Shown: one piece after another, positions 34,604-44,388 of the stretch
Position numbering within the stretch: position 1 is the stretch's first letter
How the letters are laid out: every line of letters begins with the position of its first letter
DNA from: Spirochaetota bacterium
Lineage (GTDB): Bacteria; Spirochaetota; UBA4802; UBA5550
Assembly: GCA_963664815.2 (NCBI GenBank)
Contig: CAXXHB010000003.1
Coordinates: 1,312,001 to 1,376,000, forward strand
Direction: 5' to 3'
DNA length: 64,000 nt
Notes under the pieces: model-generated
Databases searched by the model: none
Seen by the model: the letters and a program-made list of their open reading frames with translations, nothing else
What the model was told of the DNA's origin: nothing
Made by a program: the position numbers and the translations under genes

Positions 34604-34672
34604 CTACGGCATGGATAATATGTCGGCACCGTTAATAATAATTATCGCAGAGATTGTTTTTACGGTTTTCAT
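34604..34672 (-). CDS. Ile-rich leader peptide MKTVKTISAIIIINGADILSMP
   Basis: 22 codons with 6 Ile, including ATA-ATT-ATT-ATT; ends 22 nt before the terminator; upstream of an Ile-biosynthesis gene. Confidence 0.8.
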   Translation of the reverse strand: MKTVKTISAIIIINGADILSMP

Positions 34673-35241
34673 TATGCTTAAAAGAATCCTTGTTTAATAT
34701 AAATTCTCACTGGTCACAATAAACATAATATATGATTAACGGTCAATAATATTTTAAGAGGGGGATTAATTAATATTAAAAAAAAGAGTAATTCAAAGAC
34801 ATTTTTTCAAATGTTTATAACCGTTAATTAAATATAAGCTATCCTGTACCTGGTAAAACAAAATTGACATATTTTTACAGGGTTATATATCTGAGGCTGT
34901 GTAATATACCGGTTTGAAAAACTGAAATTGTAAAATAAAACCTTATCACGATTACATGATTGCGGGATTTGCTTACTGCGGATAAGATCGATATGCTTGT
35001 TGATGATCTGAAGAAAATGACGATCTGAAGAAAATTCGCGCCTCATTGTAAAAGAATTGACTAATTCCGTAAAAGATATTAATTTCTGAAAGTAGTAATT
35101 CCTTAACATGCATTTTATCTTATAAAAAGATTAAGGAATAATTTTTTGAATTTTTGTTATATCATAGCACTCTTGAATTATCATATTTCGTTTTAAAAAT
35201 GCAGAGATTTGTTTAATCCGGTTATTTCATGGGAGGTTTAT

Positions 35242-36045
35242 ATGTTTAAACGTTATTTTTATGCCTTTGTGCTGATTTTTTTTGTAATTCTGAAGATGAA
35301 TGTTTCTGCCGCAATTCCCGTGGCTGTAATGCCCTTTGAAGGGGAAAAAGCCTCCCAGGATGCCGAAAAAAAAGTCAGGGAGCTGCTCGGCAAATCGAGC
35401 GGGATAACTGTTGTTGCCCAGAAAATGATGGGGGAGATTATCAAGGTTCATCAGAACGCACAGGTTGTCGGTTCAGAAAATCTTGATCTGTCCAAAATAA
35501 AAGCCGCTGAGTTTCTTATAACAGGGAGCGTATCTGAGGGGAAACTGGTGCTCAAGGCTGTTGATGTTAACGAGGGGACAGAGGTGTATAATGAAACAAT
35601 TGAACTGACCGGAGACAGCAAGCGACTTGTCGCGAAGGCCGTAAAGGATATGAGCGACAAAATTCTTTTCAAGAACTCCTCGAAGAGCGGGGATGTTCCG
35701 TCAGAAGCCAAACCGTACATGGATGTCCTTAACAAGCTTGCAGCCTCCATGGGCGGAGACGATGCTTCCTCCTATCCCTATATAGCAATTTATTTAAGCG
35801 GAGCTTATAATCATCCGGACGGCGGGAATAAAAAGGCTGTAGAAAATGCAAAACTTATGCTCAGGGTAATGAGGCCCTATCTTCTCAGGTCAAAGCTTTA
35901 CTATATCAGCATGAAAGGTGAAAATGTATGGGTATATCTTGAGGTTGTGGCTGAAAAGACCGGCAAGAAGACCAAGCTAAAAATAGGTGTAATCGAACTT
36001 GCTGACGGCTCTCTCGGCGTGGGATTATTTGAGGAGATTAAATAG
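35242..36045 (+). CDS. Exported hypothetical protein (CsgG/TolB-N-like N-terminal domain possible)
   Basis: GGAGG SD, signal peptide, IPVAVMPFE...AEFLITGSV...VDV pattern. Confidence 0.6.
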   Translation: MFKRYFYAFVLIFFVILKMNVSAAIPVAVMPFEGEKASQDAEKKVRELLGKSSGITVVAQKMMGEIIKVHQNAQVVGSENLDLSKIKAAEFLITGSVSEGKLVLKAVDVNEGTEVYNETIELTGDSKRLVAKAVKDMSDKILFKNSSKSGDVPSEAKPYMDVLNKLAASMGGDDASSYPYIAIYLSGAYNHPDGGNKKAVENAKLMLRVMRPYLLRSKLYYISMKGENVWVYLEVVAEKTGKKTKLKIGVIELADGSLGVGLFEEIK

Positions 36046-36052
36046 CCGGTTT

Positions 36053-36757
36053 TCAGATTAACCGCCCGAGAATGAACGGGAGAGCGGTTTCCACCCGGAG
36101 AACCCTCTCCCCGAGCGAAACAGGAATAAAGCCCCCCGCTTTCAGCATGTCAATTTCGTAAGGAATAAAACCACCCTCCGGCCCTATGGCAAGAGTGACC
36201 GGGGTTTCTGCACTGCGGGGGCACAGGGTATCTGCCTCGGGGTGTGCTGCAAGAGCCAGGCTCCCGTCAATGATTGCGGGGAGTTCATCCTCCGCGAATG
36301 GTTTAAAGCGTTTTCTGATTTTAACAGAGGGCAGAATGGTATCCTTCCCCTGCTCAAGGCCGGTTATCAGCTGGTTATGTATACTCTCCTCTTCAAGAAC
36401 AGGGCTTTCCCAGTAGCTTTTTTCCACCCGCCATGTTTTTATAATGTATATATCCTTAATGCCCATTGATGCGGCGTGCTGAAGTACCCTGTTTAAGACC
36501 TTTGGCCTGGGCATGGCCAGTATCAGTTTAACATGAATCGGGTCCGGCGGGGGATACTGCATGTTCAGTGTAAGGACAAGTTTCCGGTCACTTATATCTG
36601 TAACAATCCCTTCCCCCATCAATCCGTTGAGGATGCCGGTTTTAAGCGTATCACCAGCGGAGGGTTTTATGAAAGAGAGAATATGCTCAAGCTTTCTCCC
36701 GGTAATTTCAACTTTACCCTCCTGTATGTCGTTTTCCATAAGTAATATTATGTTCAT
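36053..36757 (-). CDS. rsmE: 16S rRNA m3U1498 methyltransferase RsmE
   Basis: LAMPRPK, GLEQ, AIGPEGGF, LGERVLRVETA SPOUT motifs. Confidence 0.92.
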   Translation of the reverse strand: MNIILLMENDIQEGKVEITGRKLEHILSFIKPSAGDTLKTGILNGLMGEGIVTDISDRKLVLTLNMQYPPPDPIHVKLILAMPRPKVLNRVLQHAASMGIKDIYIIKTWRVEKSYWESPVLEEESIHNQLITGLEQGKDTILPSVKIRKRFKPFAEDELPAIIDGSLALAAHPEADTLCPRSAETPVTLAIGPEGGFIPYEIDMLKAGGFIPVSLGERVLRVETALPFILGRLI

Positions 36758-36778
36758 TGTTTTAAACTGTATTTTTTA

Positions 36779-36880
36779 ATGTTAATTCCCTGACATATAT
36801 TTCAGTAAAAAATAACCTGTTATATCCCGCCGCCGTTTTGGCGGCGGGATATAACAGGTTTCTGTTAAAAAGTTCAGTAA
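36779..36880 (-). repeat. Dispersed intergenic repeat, copy 4, with extended 21-bp perfect stem
   Basis: AACCTGTTATATCCCGCCGCC-GTTTT-GGCGGCGGGATATAACAGGTT (36814-36860); rc flank ACTGAAATAT..GGAATTAACAT matches copies 1-2. Confidence 0.7.
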
Positions 36881-36883
36881 TGA

Positions 36884-37516
36884 CTATAATTTTTTCCCTG
36901 TTATAAGAAATATTGAAAAGGTGTTGTTCTTTCCGTCAATGCCAGGTTTTTCCATCTTTGCGGCTGTGACATCAGACACTTCATCAAACCCGGCATCCCT
37001 GAAATATTTTTTCATATCATCCCTCTGGAATCCATTATGAAAAACACCATCATTGTTTTCGTGGAATTTACCCTCATCCGGATCGAGGTCCGCAATACAG
37101 AGGTATCCGCCGCTTTTTAAAACTCCGCAGAACTCCTTTATGAGCGGAGCGGGGTATTCTATATGGTGCATGGTCATGCTGCAGGTGACAAGGTCGTACA
37201 AACCTGTGAGTTTGTCTCCACCTGCAGAATTGAGATGAAATGTTTTTATACGCTGAATCTGCTGCCCGGAGATCTTTGAGTTAAGGACATCAAGCATCCC
37301 GGACGAACTGTCAAATCCCGTTACTGAATTTACATGCGGGAGTATATTCAGCGACAGAAGACCTGTTCCGCAGCCGAAATCCATTACATCCATATCCCCG
37401 GAGAGTCTTATGTTGCCGCTTATTGCCTCAAAAACCGAGCGGGCCATTTTTAAACGTCCCGGGTTTTCATCCCATGTTGCCGCAGCTTGATCGAAATCTC
37501 TTTTTTCTGTTGTCAT
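36884..37516 (-). CDS. Class I SAM-dependent methyltransferase
   Basis: FDQAAATWD, MDFGCGTGLL, SMTMHH, IADLDPDEGKFH. Confidence 0.88.
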   Translation of the reverse strand: MTTEKRDFDQAAATWDENPGRLKMARSVFEAISGNIRLSGDMDVMDFGCGTGLLSLNILPHVNSVTGFDSSSGMLDVLNSKISGQQIQRIKTFHLNSAGGDKLTGLYDLVTCSMTMHHIEYPAPLIKEFCGVLKSGGYLCIADLDPDEGKFHENNDGVFHNGFQRDDMKKYFRDAGFDEVSDVTAAKMEKPGIDGKNNTFSIFLITGKKL

Positions 37517-37543
37517 AACTTATTCCTCTTTATAATAGGCAGA

Positions 37544-38188
37544 TTAATCTGCAAGGTATATCTCTATACGCTCCCTGCCGCCGCCAGGGTTGTTTCTCTT
37601 AAGCCTTAATGCCCCGACCTCGCCGGTTTTTCTTAAATGCGTCCCTCCGCAGGGTACCCTGGCGAAGCCTGGAATCTCCCAGTATCTTCTCTCTTTTTCA
37701 GGGTCGCTGAACTTGCTGAAAATATCATGGTCTGCATCAACTAACTCTTTAATGAGTTTCTCAAGGAGCGGAAATGTTTCTGATATATTGCCGTTCCAAA
37801 TAAAGTCAACCCTTGCTTTTTCACAGGTAATGTTTGCCCCGGTTTTTTCAGGCCTGCTGAAATTGGTGTAAACCAGCTCAAGGACAAGTTCGGCGGCAAA
37901 GTGAAGCCTCATTATCTTATATCTCCTTTCCCGGTCTATCTTTACTTTAACTCTGTCCCCCTCTTTCAGGGAATGACCTTCGTCGATGGTGTAGAATATC
38001 TCCAGGCCATCTTTCCTGGCATCAAGAATTTCATATCCGCCTATTGTCCCGGAATCTGACTGCTGACCCCCGGAAAAGGGGTAGGCAACAGTCTGGTTCA
38101 GCGTTATTATATTTTTGTCTGCCGAGACAATCACTGCATCAATTTCAGATAGATATGGGTCTTCCCAGAAAACCTTTTTTACCGGCAT
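37544..38188 (-). CDS. Alanyl-tRNA editing protein (AlaX family)
   Basis: GGQQSDSG, MRLHFAAE, PCGGTH Zn-site motifs. Confidence 0.88.
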   Translation of the reverse strand: MPVKKVFWEDPYLSEIDAVIVSADKNIITLNQTVAYPFSGGQQSDSGTIGGYEILDARKDGLEIFYTIDEGHSLKEGDRVKVKIDRERRYKIMRLHFAAELVLELVYTNFSRPEKTGANITCEKARVDFIWNGNISETFPLLEKLIKELVDADHDIFSKFSDPEKERRYWEIPGFARVPCGGTHLRKTGEVGALRLKRNNPGGGRERIEIYLAD

Positions 38189-38430
38189 GTTTTTTATCCA
38201 TGAAATAGAATATGTTCAGGAATTATCACTGTTTTAATTTATCAAACAGTTTTTTTATATTAAGCATCAGCAATATATTTTTTATAATAAAAATGCTCTG
38301 TTTTCTTCGCCGCCGGAAGGGGGCGGGGTGATATTATGTATTTTTATTTTTGTGGATAATTTTCATTGCATGGTGAATCATGGATTTCTTAATGGTTTAA
38401 AATTTATAATACATCTGATGACGGAAAATA

Positions 38431-39258
38431 ATGTTTGAGTTTACTTATTCAATATCTTCAAAGCTTGAAGATCAGTATTCAGAGCTGCTTATGAGCGCCG
38501 GGATAGCCTCCTTCTGCTTTGAGAAAATTTCCGGCAGACTCTTTCTCAAGGTATATCTGGATATTCCTGAACCGGTACCTGGAATCAGCCCGGCCTCACT
38601 TGTAAATGTTGCGGAGATTCATGATTCAGACTGGAAGAATAAATGGGCGGAGGGGTATACTGGGCATGAACTTACAGAGAATATCTATGTAATCCCACCC
38701 GGGATCGTACCCCCGGAAAAGAGCTACCACCTTGTTATACAGATCGACCCCGAGGATTCTTTTGGAGATGGCCACCATCCGACAACAAGGCTATGCGGTA
38801 CATTGCTTGAACAGGTAATTGAAATGTACCCATATCCCGGGGAGCTTTCCCTTATTGACATAGGAACAGGTTCAGGAGTGCTTGCAATCCTGGGTGCTCT
38901 TATGGGGATAAGTGATGTTGAACTTTTTGATTATGACAGGGATTCGGTAATCAAGGCGGATAAAAATTTATGCCTTAACGGAATATCCGGTATAAGAGCC
39001 TCACTTGATGATCTTTATACCTTCACCAGCAGTAAAAAATACGACATTATAACGGCTAATCTTCTCTCAAGAATAATAGAAGAGAACATCGGGAGGCTGA
39101 AAGCGCTTTTAAAGCCTGACGGTTTTATGATACTCAGCGGAATAAGCTCAATATGGAGTGAGGATATGAAAATGTTGTTTAAAATCTCAGGATTAACAGC
39201 AGTTTTTCATAAAAAGCTTGAAGAGTGGGAGGGTTTTGTGCTAAAATTGAATTCTTAG
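38431..39258 (+). CDS. prmA: Ribosomal protein L11 methyltransferase
   Basis: DWKNKW, IDPEDSFGDGHHPTTRLC, DIGTGSGVLAI, ITANL, ILSGI. Confidence 0.88.
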   Translation: MFEFTYSISSKLEDQYSELLMSAGIASFCFEKISGRLFLKVYLDIPEPVPGISPASLVNVAEIHDSDWKNKWAEGYTGHELTENIYVIPPGIVPPEKSYHLVIQIDPEDSFGDGHHPTTRLCGTLLEQVIEMYPYPGELSLIDIGTGSGVLAILGALMGISDVELFDYDRDSVIKADKNLCLNGISGIRASLDDLYTFTSSKKYDIITANLLSRIIEENIGRLKALLKPDGFMILSGISSIWSEDMKMLFKISGLTAVFHKKLEEWEGFVLKLNS

Positions 39259-39306
39259 TCACCGGTTAAAACTGAACCGGAAAGGAAATCTGAAGGAGAG
39301 TAAAAG

Positions 39307-40395
39307 ATGTCTGAAAGCATAATCTTTTTCGGTGCATGCCTCTGTTTCCTCTCCGCTGTTTCACAGCTTGTACTTAAAATTAAAAAAAGGGAAAATTATA
39401 ATCTTGCACTGATCTTTACTCTCCTGGGGATAATACTTTTACAGTTCCATTCAGTAGTTGACTCTTCTGTTTTTACGCACCCTTTATATATGGCTTTTCA
39501 TCCGACAATACTCTATATATTCTGTCCGCTGCTGTATTATGCCTATTATGTTGTCTCCTTTCCCGATGCGGATATTCCGCAAAAATATGCTCTGTTCTTT
39601 ATTCCGGCTTTTATATCTGCCGCTGCAGACAGCTGGCTTTTTATTTTCAGGCACAATTCATCCCATGATTTTGTAAGGATGCTCTTTAACGGGGAGAATT
39701 CTCTCGAGGTTGTAATATTCAAGGTATTGGCAATAGGCGCCATCGGGCAGATACTTATATACCACATAAAGCTTATAAAGGTACTTGTACCATCCATGAA
39801 GGATAATCATGAGAATAATATTATATATGTTACCTTTATAGTATCCATTGCATCGGCAATATCCCCGGCGGCGCTGATCCCTGGATATGTGCTGGGGGAT
39901 GTAAACTACATAAAATACGGCGCCATCCTTATTACAGCGAGCTTTATCCTGACAAATCTTGCCGGTGTAAGGTATCCCGGTTTTCTGCAGATGCTGTCGT
40001 TCAAGGTGAAAAGGGGGATATACTCACGCTCACTCCTTAAAGGTCTTGATGTGGACAGGCTTATGCTGGAGCTTGAAAGGCTGATGACGGTTAAGAAGGT
40101 GTACCGTGATGATTCAATAAATCTTGCGGATACGGCAGCAAGCCTTAAAATAACACATCATCAGCTCTCACAGCTCCTTAATGAAAGGCTGAGCATGAAC
40201 TTCAACACATATATAAACTCATACAGAATTGAAGATGCAAAAAACCTTTTAATTGCCAACCCTGACAGAACAGTTCTCACAATAGCCTACGAAGTCGGAT
40301 TTAACTCAAAATCCTCATTTTATGAATCATTTACAAAAATTACGGGGGTCACCCCCGTTGAATACCGCAAGACATATCATTTTATAATCAAGTGA
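39307..40395 (+). CDS. Membrane-anchored AraC-family regulator
   Basis: TM region then HQLSQLLNE, YINSYRI, IAYEVGFNSKSSFYESF. Confidence 0.9.
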   Translation: MSESIIFFGACLCFLSAVSQLVLKIKKRENYNLALIFTLLGIILLQFHSVVDSSVFTHPLYMAFHPTILYIFCPLLYYAYYVVSFPDADIPQKYALFFIPAFISAAADSWLFIFRHNSSHDFVRMLFNGENSLEVVIFKVLAIGAIGQILIYHIKLIKVLVPSMKDNHENNIIYVTFIVSIASAISPAALIPGYVLGDVNYIKYGAILITASFILTNLAGVRYPGFLQMLSFKVKRGIYSRSLLKGLDVDRLMLELERLMTVKKVYRDDSINLADTAASLKITHHQLSQLLNERLSMNFNTYINSYRIEDAKNLLIANPDRTVLTIAYEVGFNSKSSFYESFTKITGVTPVEYRKTYHFIIK

Positions 40396-40410
40396 CATGA
40401 ATAAATCACC

Positions 40411-40741
40411 CCGGCAGCAGCCCCCTGAATCCTCCGGAGGATCCATAATCTTCCGGCGGCAGCCCCCTGAATCCCCCGGAGGATCCATAATCTTCAGGCA
40501 ACAGCCCCCTGAATCCTCTGAAGGATCCATAATCTTCAGGCAACAGCTCCCTAAATCCCCCGGAGGATCCATAATCTTCCGGCAACAGCCCCCTGAATCC
40601 CGCGGAGGATCCATAATCTTCCGGCAGCAGCCCCCTGAATCCCCCGGAGGATCCATAATCTTCAGGCAACAGCCCCCTGAATCCTCTGAAGGATCCATAA
40701 TCTTCCGGCAACAGCCCCCTAAATCCCCCGGAGGGGGACTT
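40411..40741 (+). repeat. 42-bp tandem array (about 8 units) ending in REP-like hairpin CCCCCTAAATCCCCCGGAGGGGGACTT
   Basis: GGATCC recurs at 40439, 40481, 40523, 40565, 40607, 40649, 40691; no unique spacers. Confidence 0.9.
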
Positions 40742-40982
40742 GAAGATACTGTTATGAAATTATTTGTGTTAAATATTTTCTTATTTCAGACAGAACATAA
40801 TCAATTTCTGCTGCAGGCTTTTTCTCATGGCAGTAAAAAATCAGGTATTTATCTGTATATTAGATGCTGAACTCATAAATTTACTATTAAACTTGATATT
40901 TATTTGTAAAGCAGTCTTTAAGTCCTCCGCCGGGGGATTTAGGGGGCTTCCGGTACAAGTGAATTTACCGGATGATGTGCCT
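40716..40982. mobile_element. MITE-like element, copy 1: inverted REP-like ends around a deleted DUF559 remnant
   Basis: Left end CCCCCTAAATCCCCCGGAGGGGGACTT, right end AAGTCCTCCGCCGGGGGATTTAGGGGG; interior and 3' flank homologous to 44747-45104. Confidence 0.65.
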
Positions 40983-41075
40983 TCCAAACCGTGAGTGCGT
41001 GAGCCGGGGGCTTATAGTTGCTGGTTCCGGCGGCAGTTATATATATTGAAAAAAGCTGTTTATGATAAAAAAACT

Positions 41076-41099
41076 GTCCGGATATATCTTTCCGGTCGA
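41076..41099 (+). promoter_or_regulatory. Putative AraC operator GTCCGGA-N8-TCCGGTCGA
   Basis: Matches 9995-10018; lies ~90 bp upstream of the ADH operon. Confidence 0.6.
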
Positions 41100-41191
41100 A
41101 TAACTTCCTTTTTAAGTTAATTATACAGATGTAATAAAATCACGTACATTATGAATGCTTAAAAAATAAAAAGCGGCAGCGGGAGAGTACT

Positions 41192-42364
41192 ATGAATATA
41201 CCCGATTATTTTGAATTCTATAACAAAACAAAGATCAGTGCGGGGAATAAGGCGCTGGAAAATATCCCCTTTGAGCTTGAAAGCATGAGTGCTGTCAAAC
41301 CATTTGTGATTACCGACAAAAGGTCTTCACAGATCGGAATCGTCAGTGCGCTGGTGAAGTCATTTTACGATTCGGGGGTAACCATCGGTGCGGTATATGA
41401 TGAAGTGCCCGGATATCTTTCCGATCCTCTTTTAAAGGAACTATCTGAACTTTTCCGGGAAAGAGGGTGTGATTCAATTATTGCCCTCGGCGGTGATGCT
41501 GCGGCATCCGCGGCAAAATGCCTTAATGTTCTTGTGTCAGACAAATCAGGTGATCTTGCCGGTAATATGGAGAAAAACGCTCCGTTAAAACCATTTGTTT
41601 TTGTTCCGTCAATACGGGCATGCGGTTCAGAAACATCCAATGAACTGGTAACAGAGTCATGCATCTATAAATCTGATGAACTCTTCCCCGATCTTGTGAT
41701 AGTTGACAAAAGGATGCTTGAAAAGAGTGATAAAAAAATAACAGCCTCCTCTGCAATGCTTGCCCTTACGCAGGCAATAGAGGCATGTACATCGGGTGAA
41801 TCGAATCCGTTAAACGATTCTTTCGCATATGCGTCGATAGAGCTTGTCTACGGAAATATGGCGGATGCGCTTAAATGCTGCGGCAGGGCAAAAGAGAAAA
41901 CCGGTTTCATGAACGGCGTGGCAATATCGGGAATAGTCTATTCCAATGCTCCAGAGGGGCTGGCCCGGGCGATAGGTTTTGAAATGGAGAAGATGACGGG
42001 ACATGCTGCAGGGCTCTGCGCGGGGCTTGTTCTTCCATATGCCCTCGACTATAAATTGCGCTTTGAAAAAAGCGGGGTAAGGGGTGAACTGCTTCTTCCG
42101 CTTGCGGGGATTGATAATTACTGCTCTGTAAAAGAGAGTGAAAGGGCCGCTAAAAGCATTGAGCTGCTTTATCTGATGATAGATAATCTTGAAGATGTAA
42201 TTCCCGGAAGAATAAGGGATCTGAATATACCGGTGTATATGATCAAAAAGATAGCAGAAGCGGCTGAAGAGCGGGCGGGTATAAAATACGGCAAAGGGGC
42301 TGCACTTAAAATTCTTGAACATGCCTACGAGGGGATACCATTTAAAAAGGAGGGTTCCAGATGA
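41192..42364 (+). CDS. Iron-containing alcohol dehydrogenase-like protein with degenerate active site
   Basis: Paralogous to 42968-44236, but GGGS is GGDA, THAVE is TQAIE, and VHQIGH is ARAIGF. Confidence 0.8.
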   Translation: MNIPDYFEFYNKTKISAGNKALENIPFELESMSAVKPFVITDKRSSQIGIVSALVKSFYDSGVTIGAVYDEVPGYLSDPLLKELSELFRERGCDSIIALGGDAAASAAKCLNVLVSDKSGDLAGNMEKNAPLKPFVFVPSIRACGSETSNELVTESCIYKSDELFPDLVIVDKRMLEKSDKKITASSAMLALTQAIEACTSGESNPLNDSFAYASIELVYGNMADALKCCGRAKEKTGFMNGVAISGIVYSNAPEGLARAIGFEMEKMTGHAAGLCAGLVLPYALDYKLRFEKSGVRGELLLPLAGIDNYCSVKESERAAKSIELLYLMIDNLEDVIPGRIRDLNIPVYMIKKIAEAAEERAGIKYGKGAALKILEHAYEGIPFKKEGSR

Positions 42365-42903
42365 ATAAAAACAAGTTCCCGGAAATAAAACCGAAGGGCA
42401 AACTGGTGAAAAAAATATATGTCGCGGTAATGCTCTGGATAGTGGGGAGGGCAATACAGGCGGCTGCAAAGGTTGACAAAGAGGTAAAGGGTGAGTTTGC
42501 CTCACTGCGGGATGATTTTGCCGTAAGGCTCTGGGTTGGCCCGTCCGGTCCGGCAATGATTGTGGGTAAAAACAGTAAGGGCGTTGTGAAATACATGGGC
42601 TGGAGGTCTGAAGGTAAAAAGATCACCATAGATATGAAGATAAAGAATATTGAGAGTGCAATCCTTGTATTCACATTCCAGGAAAGCACATGCCAGGCTT
42701 TCTGCAGTGACCGTTTTGTTGTTTCAGGCGATCTTCCCGATGCCCTGACATTTGTAAGGATTCTTAATTTAATAGAGGTATATCTTCTTCCTAAAGTAAT
42801 TGCATCGCTTGCAGTAAAGAGATATCCAAAGTGGTCACAGATGAATCCCTTCAGAAAACACCTGGGGAGAGTGCTTGTGTATATCAGGGCTTTTACTTTT
42901 TAA
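42361..42903 (+). CDS. Hypothetical protein (possibly SCP2-like lipid-binding fold)
   Basis: Overlaps upstream stop (ATGA); QAFCSDRFVVSGDL resembles SCP2 C-terminal pattern. Confidence 0.6.
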   Translation: MNKNKFPEIKPKGKLVKKIYVAVMLWIVGRAIQAAAKVDKEVKGEFASLRDDFAVRLWVGPSGPAMIVGKNSKGVVKYMGWRSEGKKITIDMKIKNIESAILVFTFQESTCQAFCSDRFVVSGDLPDALTFVRILNLIEVYLLPKVIASLAVKRYPKWSQMNPFRKHLGRVLVYIRAFTF

Positions 42904-42967
42904 AAGAGAGTTAAGCCGTTAAAATCCCGGTGATGGGACTGATTAAAATAGTGAAAAGGAGTAATAT

Positions 42968-44236
42968 ATGTATATACCTGGATATTATGAATTCTGCAAC
43001 AGAGTGAAGGTGGTTTCCGGACACAAGGCCCTTGACAGGCTTCCGGAGATGCTGAAGAGCCTTAAATCATCAAGGCCGATGATAGTAACGGACAAGGGTG
43101 TAATGGGTGCGGGGCTTATTGTGCCGGTTAAAAAATCCCTGGGAACAAAACTTAATGCCGGCGCGTACTATGACAATGTACCGGCGGATTCCGATGTGAA
43201 GACAGTGCTTGAAATAGCTAAACTATACAGATCGTCAAAATGCGATTCAATAATTGCCGTGGGCGGGGGGTCGGTACTCGACACTGCCAAGGGTGTAAAC
43301 ATTCTTGTCTCGGAGAACTCCGACAACCTTATGGACTTTGCCGGGTCGGGGGCCTTAAAGCGTAAACTTAAGCCTTTAATCGCTGTCCCCACAACATCGG
43401 GAACAGGCTCCGAGATGACGCTTGTCGCTGTTATCGCGGACCATTCGAAAAATGTCAAGATGGCTTTCCCGTCTCTTTTTCTTCTGCCGGATATGGCTAT
43501 ACTCGATTCCCGCATGACCGCAACGCTCCCCCCGTTTCTTACAGCTCCGACGGGGATGGATGCAATGACTCATGCCGTTGAGGCATATACCTGCCTTGCT
43601 AAAAATCCGCTCAGCGATTCAACTGCCATTACAGCAATTCAGCTTATAAGCCGTAATGTCCTTGCATCAGTTTTAAAGCCGGGTGACCTGAAGGCAAGGC
43701 TTGCACTTGCAAACGGTTCGGCCCTTGCCGGGATGAGCTTTTCAAATTCAATGGTGGGGATGGTTCACCAGATAGGGCATTCCATAGGGGCTGTTGCCCA
43801 TGTTGCCCATGGCACATGTATGAGCATTCTGCTCCCCTACGGACTTGAATATAATCTTCACAAAACGGGGCATCTTACAGCGGAACTTCTTTTCCCCCTG
43901 GCCGGCGAGGAGGTTTATAACAGCACCCCGGTTTCCGAAAGGGCATTAAAAACAATTGCCTATATACGCAACCTGAACAGCGAACTCCGCAAGGCGGCTA
44001 AAGACAAACACTTCACATGCCTGAAACAGGTTGTGGATAAAGACGGGAAGATGATGGTTCCCAGGGAGATGCTGCCTGAAATAGCAAAGCTGTCCCTTAA
44101 TGACGGATCGCTGGTACAGAATCCCGAGGAACTTGACTATAATGATGCACTTATGGTACTTGAACATGCATGGGAGGGGACTCCCCTTGACCTTAAAAAG
44201 ATCAAGAAGGGGAAGAAGACCAGCAAGATCAAGTGA
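42968..44236 (+). CDS. Iron-containing alcohol dehydrogenase
   Basis: AVGGGSVLDTAK, PTTSGTGSE, MDAMTHAVE, MVHQIGH, VAHG. Confidence 0.92.
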   Translation: MYIPGYYEFCNRVKVVSGHKALDRLPEMLKSLKSSRPMIVTDKGVMGAGLIVPVKKSLGTKLNAGAYYDNVPADSDVKTVLEIAKLYRSSKCDSIIAVGGGSVLDTAKGVNILVSENSDNLMDFAGSGALKRKLKPLIAVPTTSGTGSEMTLVAVIADHSKNVKMAFPSLFLLPDMAILDSRMTATLPPFLTAPTGMDAMTHAVEAYTCLAKNPLSDSTAITAIQLISRNVLASVLKPGDLKARLALANGSALAGMSFSNSMVGMVHQIGHSIGAVAHVAHGTCMSILLPYGLEYNLHKTGHLTAELLFPLAGEEVYNSTPVSERALKTIAYIRNLNSELRKAAKDKHFTCLKQVVDKDGKMMVPREMLPEIAKLSLNDGSLVQNPEELDYNDALMVLEHAWEGTPLDLKKIKKGKKTSKIK

Positions 44237-44388
44237 TTGTCAGTGCTGGATTGAACATGGTGCAACATAGACAGAAATCCCCCGGCCTGCTTCGGCAGGT
44301 CCGGCCTGTGCATATTAGGGCTTGTGCCCGAATATTTTGTAGAAACTAATATCATCCGGCGAGATCCGGCCTCCTGGATCACAGGCTG

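Noticed and set aside
40327-40870. ORFs 40327-40698, 40397-40870, 40406-40711 (and 44315-44743) as repeat proteins
   Set aside because: They are open only because the 42-bp unit is a multiple of three and lacks stops in several frames
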